Assembly: GCA_965287045.1 (NCBI GenBank)
Contig: OZ336889.1
Location: 42,532,001 to 42,596,000 of the forward strand
Length of the DNA stretch: 64,000 nucleotides
Direction: 5' to 3'
From: Carcharhinus amblyrhynchos
Taxonomy: Eukaryota
Position numbers and translations under genes: made by a program. The notes under the pieces were generated by a model. The model saw only the letters and a list, made by a program, of their open reading frames with translations. It was not told the DNA's origin and ran no database searches. Below, piece after piece: positions 59,396-64,000 of this stretch. Position 1 is the first letter of the stretch; every line of letters starts with the position of its first letter.

Positions 59396-61300
59396 TCAGA
59401 GCCAAATGTTTCCAGCATATGGGCCTACCTCCTTCGTCAGGAGGTCTGCCCCTTCTGCCTGTACACTTGCACTCGGCATAATCTGGGTTGTTACCCTTTT
59501 ACAACAAGCGTTCAATAATGCCATACAAACACAACAAGCGATAACAATGACAATTAATACAGTCAACCCATGCATCAAGCATGATCCCCACCACCCAAAC
59601 CATTGCCCCAGCCATCCTGGAGGGTTATAATTATAATATTGGCTCCCTTCATCTTGTATTGTCTTCGCTACTCACTTGATATGATTTGCCAAACAATTTA
59701 TATTTTCCAGCATTCAGATCCAATTATAGTGCACGTTCCTCCCTGGGAGGCTAACACATAAGAGTGCCAACCGGTTCTGTAAAGCAACGGTCTGGATAGC
59801 TACAGTCTTGGCTGATACCTCAGAGTGGCTGTGCTCACCTCCTCGAACCTGTCTCCAGTTTAATTTGCAATTGTCTTTAAGGTCAAGGCCATACATGTAA
59901 GTTCCTGAGCTGCTCTTGCTGTCTCATAAGGTGGGTAAGGCTGTCATGGAGAATCGTGCTGTCTCACTAATGGCTTGCTTAGCCATAAGTAGGTGTATCT
60001 TGGGGTGGTCCCGTAAGTCAGTGTAATGGTGAATAAAGGGCACCACATATGCTAAATAACACAATTCTGCCCAATCCCAGGGAAGCCACGGGTAGGCATT
60101 GCTTCCACAGACAAATTAGGTACCATTATATGTAGTCGTACTGCTCACATAAGCAGAGGAGAGGTTGATCGGGACATCGGCTGTGGGGCAATGGATGGTA
60201 ATCTGTTGCACCAAAGCCCAGGCACCACTGGTGACATTAACCCGCTAAGTACAGTAGCTACGGCCAACAGGTATGATTCCATTTCTTACCAGCAGATAGA
60301 TCCCCTTTGTTGGTTTTTCACAAAGTGGGGAGGAGAGTCTGATCTATTATAGCTAGGCTGGTAATGGTTCTCAAAGGCTGATAGAATGCATCCTATGCCT
60401 CCTAATACCAAGGTATTGACACTGAATGTACCTTGCATAGTGGTGCCTGATGGGGTTTTAAATGTCACTTTTCTTGCCTGTCAAAATACAGTGGCTTTAT
60501 TACAAAAGCTTTTGGGAGAAGCCGGTTCCAAAAGCAGTCTGCCAGACTTCTCCCTGAATACAAGTAAGTGTGGATACGTATACGTTATGGTTCTCCGATC
60601 CAATCATGACGCAGTCCCTGGCTTCAGTCACGATCACAGTCCTGGGTTCCATTCTGATTCAAAATCCATTCTACCATTTCCAGGGTTGACAAAGGGATAG
60701 GGAATAAAGGACTTCCCCCCTTTCCTCTGTGCATGGGAATGTGTGAGCAGACCCAGCACTTGCTCAAATTTGACTAATGCATACAAGTGAGACATATACA
60801 CTGAAATATTCATGTCATGGGTCCAATTTTAATGGATTGGTGCAATGACCGCTTGGACCGGCTAAATCTCTTGTTGATGTACTCATCTTCCCAAGCCCTC
60901 TGCTGTTGCCGGGCACAGGTCCATCCTGGCTCCTCAGCTAAACACCGGAAATTCCAGTTACACCAAATTACATTGCACGGGAGACCCCAATAACCTCGCC
61001 CCTCCAACAGAGTTGGCAACATGGTATGGTTAAGGAATCCCGAGCAGCAGTCCCTACGGGTTACCTCCCAGGGGCCTATTCCATGTGTCGGAAGGTTAGA
61101 ATAGACAGTCATCGTTATAGAGATGCTTGTAATGCTCTGTTCCCAAGTCTACACAATTCCATCCATACTTTCCCTCCGTGGTTGGTAGGGCAAGGGTTGT
61201 GAGAAGCAACAAGAGAATCATTCTATCACCTAATTATAACCCGCACAACCGTTATACAATGGACCAAAGGCTATATTGCTCGTGTGTGACGTCCCGCACA
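59396..61300 (-). pseudogene. env: ERV env pseudogene (gamma-type)
   Basis: Hydrophobic leader near 61190-61225, NLSKCWVCSHIP near 60735-60770, FVCGSNAYPWLP..LCYLAYVVP, ISD-like VALQNRLAL, GGTCTIIGSECW (degenerate CX6CC), TM LTVLIVIVIACCVCMALL. Confidence 0.8.
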
Positions 61301-61354
61301 CCCGTTCAGCTTGCTTGGAGATCAGTCATCTCATGGACTTGTGAATTGAGTACA

Positions 61355-64000
61355 TTACATATTTTTCCAATTGGTGCCGGTATGTTCTTTCAACTGGGTC
61401 CAATGTTTCCAGACACCTTTGCTTTGCATATCTATGCAGGCACAGGTATCACCACTGATTATGACCTCGTAGAAGCCATTCCATTTGGGGGTAAACCCAG
61501 GCTTTCCAGGTAACATCTTTACCATAACCTTGCTGCCCGCCGGGGGTGCCTTAGGGGTCTGTTCTAGCTCATTTTGCTCATCCTTCGCTGTTTGGTTTTC
61601 CCTTACTGTTTTTCGCATATCCTTCAGTTGGGTGCTTAGTTCTAAAACATATCGTCTAATCCTATCCTGTAATGGGCCTACATCTGCCCCACTGGTAATA
61701 ATGGACTCAGGCAATTGCACAGCCCTTCTGGTCATTAGCTCATTTAGTGTCAGCCCGGTGTTTAATTAGTGGTGGCTCTGAGTTTCATTAATACGGTGGG
61801 TAACACCTCGGTCCATCTTTTTCCCTAATCCTGCATGGCCTTTGCCAAGGAGGTCTTAAGTGTTCTATTCATATGCTCCACCATTCCTGAGCTTTGAGGG
61901 TGATAGGGTATGTGAAATTTCTGTTTTATCCCCATCAGTTGACATATAGTTTTTACTAACCTCCCCATGAAGTGTGTGCCTTGATTGGAGTCTATCTAGG
62001 GATAATGTCCTCAGCCAATATTCTCACCACCGTAGAAGCTGAATAGTTTTTAGTCAGGAATGCCTCTACCCATCTGGTGAATTGGTCAATTATCACCAAG
62101 CAGTGGGTTCTTGTGTGACTGAGGAAGAGGTCCTGTAAAGTCAATTTGTAGATGTTCCCAGGGACCTTTAGGGCGAGACTGGTGCCCGATCCTGATTTTC
62201 ACAGGCTTCCCTGGGTTATAATGGGCACAGGTTACACACCAACGACAATATTGTGCAATGTCCCGTCCATTCCTTTCCACCACCATTCCTTCCCTATACT
62301 GGTTGTCATGGCATCTCTTCCCACATGTGACAGTCCATGATGTAACTACATTAGAGTATGCTGGATACATTCTGGTGCTAGAACTTTATCATTTAATCTC
62401 CATACACTCTTTTCATCAGGTGTAGCTCCTTGAGCTTTCCACCTCGCACGCTTTTCTTCAGGTGTATCAGTATTTGCTGTGAGATGTCTGTTGGGGGTTC
62501 AACTGTAACCGAGGTGGCCAACACTGCTTGCATTTCTCCTGTTTCTACGGCTGATTGTGCCACTTTGTTGGCTGCCTGATTTCCCATAAAAATATACCAT
62601 TCAGGGCTTTGCTTATCTGATTCATTTTGGTGTGCCTTTACCTTCAATACCGTGGCTTCCAATGGGAGCTTGCTGGCATCCAATAAGGCTTCAATTATTT
62701 GTCCATGCTTGACTGGAGTGCCTCCCGTTGTAACAAATCCCCTTCTTCCCCAAACGATCATATAGTCACGCACTATTTCAAATGCATATCTACTGTTGGT
62801 GTAAATGTTGACCCTTCTCCCTGCCGCCTCAGTAAAAGCCTGGTTCAAGGCCACTAGTTCTGACATACCTCCCTCTATCCTTCCTGCTCGAACCACTTGT
62901 AAGTCCGCACTTACCACCGCCTATCCCATTCGCGGTGACCCATCTACATGCTTCCATGACCCATCCACAAACAGGGTCTCCTCCGGTGCCTCCAAGGGCA
63001 CATCCTTTATTCTGTTTTCCTCCTTCTCCTTATCTATATTTCCGCAAGTGTGTGGTTTCCCTTCACCTAACATTCCTTTGGCTCGTATGTCTCATGTCTC
63101 GTATGATGGTGATGGACTTAGTGGGGGGAAGAAGTACTGCCTCCCACTTCGCCCTTCTCATATTTGAGACAGATCGTAATTTTCCTGTATTTAACATTTC
63201 CACCAAGGTATGATTGGTGTGCAAGCCTATATTTACTGTCATTACAAAGGGCTCGCTGATTTTTACCGCCCATGCCGCGCAATCCTCAGCTTTATGAATA
63301 ATATCCCACCGGCCTCTGTTTGTCCCCATGGGTTTGGGTACTACTGCCAAATAGAACCCTCCTTCATTGTTACAATATGTAAGAAAATCTTTATTAGCGT
63401 CTGGTAAACCAAGTCCTGGGGCCGACATTAATCCTGCTTTTAGTTTCCGATATGCCTCTTCCTGTTCTGATCCCCTGTCCACAGCTTTTAGAGTGGGTTT
63501 CCCCCCTTTTGATAGCCTTTGGATTGGCTCAACTAATTGCAACTGTAATTAAACAATCCCAAAACTTCCTTACCCTTCAAACAGTTACTGACCTTGGCAT
63601 TTGTTGTATCACTGTTTTCCTGTCTACAGGCATTTCCTTGGTCCCTTTGGATATTAAATGTCCCAAGTATAAATCCTGTGTTTTTTCCTATTTGGGCCTT
63701 TTTTGGGTTTGCCTTCAGTCCTCGATCTTCTAAGTGCTTCAAGTCCGAGTATAGTGCCGTCTGACGTTCCACTTTAGTTTCAGAGGCTATCAAGATGTCA
63801 TCTACATACTGTAAAATTGTGCTCCCTTTCAGGAGTTCCACTTATTCCAGTATCTTACTCATTACCCGGTGAAATATGGCTGGGCTGTTATGGAATCCCT
63901 AAGGAAGCCTAGTCCATGTATACTGCTTATCGCCTACTGTGAAGGCAAATTTATCCTGTGAATAAAAATCCAAGGGGATTGACCAAAACCCATTGGCAAA
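61355..64000 (-). pseudogene. pol: ERV pol pseudogene (RT, RNase H, integrase)
   Basis: YVDD at about 63805, RNase H ORF 62393-62917, integrase core 61750-62370, KWNGFYEV C-terminal module; broken by stops and frameshifts. Confidence 0.9.

Larger units (their letters stand above)
58884..64000 (-). mobile_element. Defective class I (epsilon/gamma-like) endogenous retrovirus: pol, env and 3' LTR; 5' part beyond the window
   Basis: RT YTWTRLP*GFHNSP and LQYVDDILIAS; RNase H VNIYTNSRYAF; integrase C..C, PWEHLQIDFTGPLP, IDQFTRWVEAF, PYHPQSSGMVE; env CWVC, LQNRLAL and a transmembrane helix; many frameshifts. Confidence 0.92.

Noticed and set aside
59396-61300. Co-opted syncytin-like env gene
   Set aside because: Multiple stops and frameshifts, a degenerate furin site and CX6CC, and an LTR segment inserted in SU.

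Overview
Eukaryotic, repeat-rich vertebrate DNA. The V-SINE, Deu-SINE, CR1 and Penelope content points to a cartilaginous fish (shark); this is not a prokaryotic locus. The left half holds a transcobalamin-family gene (most like TCN2) on the minus strand. I reconstructed seven coding exons by hand (28534-28591, 21750-21936, 18822-18964, 16065-16196, 14167-14360, 11199-11367, 3099-3267). All have GT-AG sites and compatible phases, giving 350 open codons; the last exons lie left of the window. The protein has a His-rich loop (PHRHHHHH) and appears to lack both cysteines of one disulfide. The right half has exon-like relics of a decayed plus-strand gene (41-58 kb, tentatively KIAA0825-like) and the 3' part of a class I (epsilon/gamma-like) endogenous retrovirus whose env contains an LTR segment. 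Transposons include fold-back Penelope insertions with target duplications and hammerhead ribozyme cores, Gypsy relics, a TRIM-like element, a solo LTR, TIR elements, a young CR1 and many SINEs. Family names come from recognised motifs, not database searches, and repeat boundaries are approximate.
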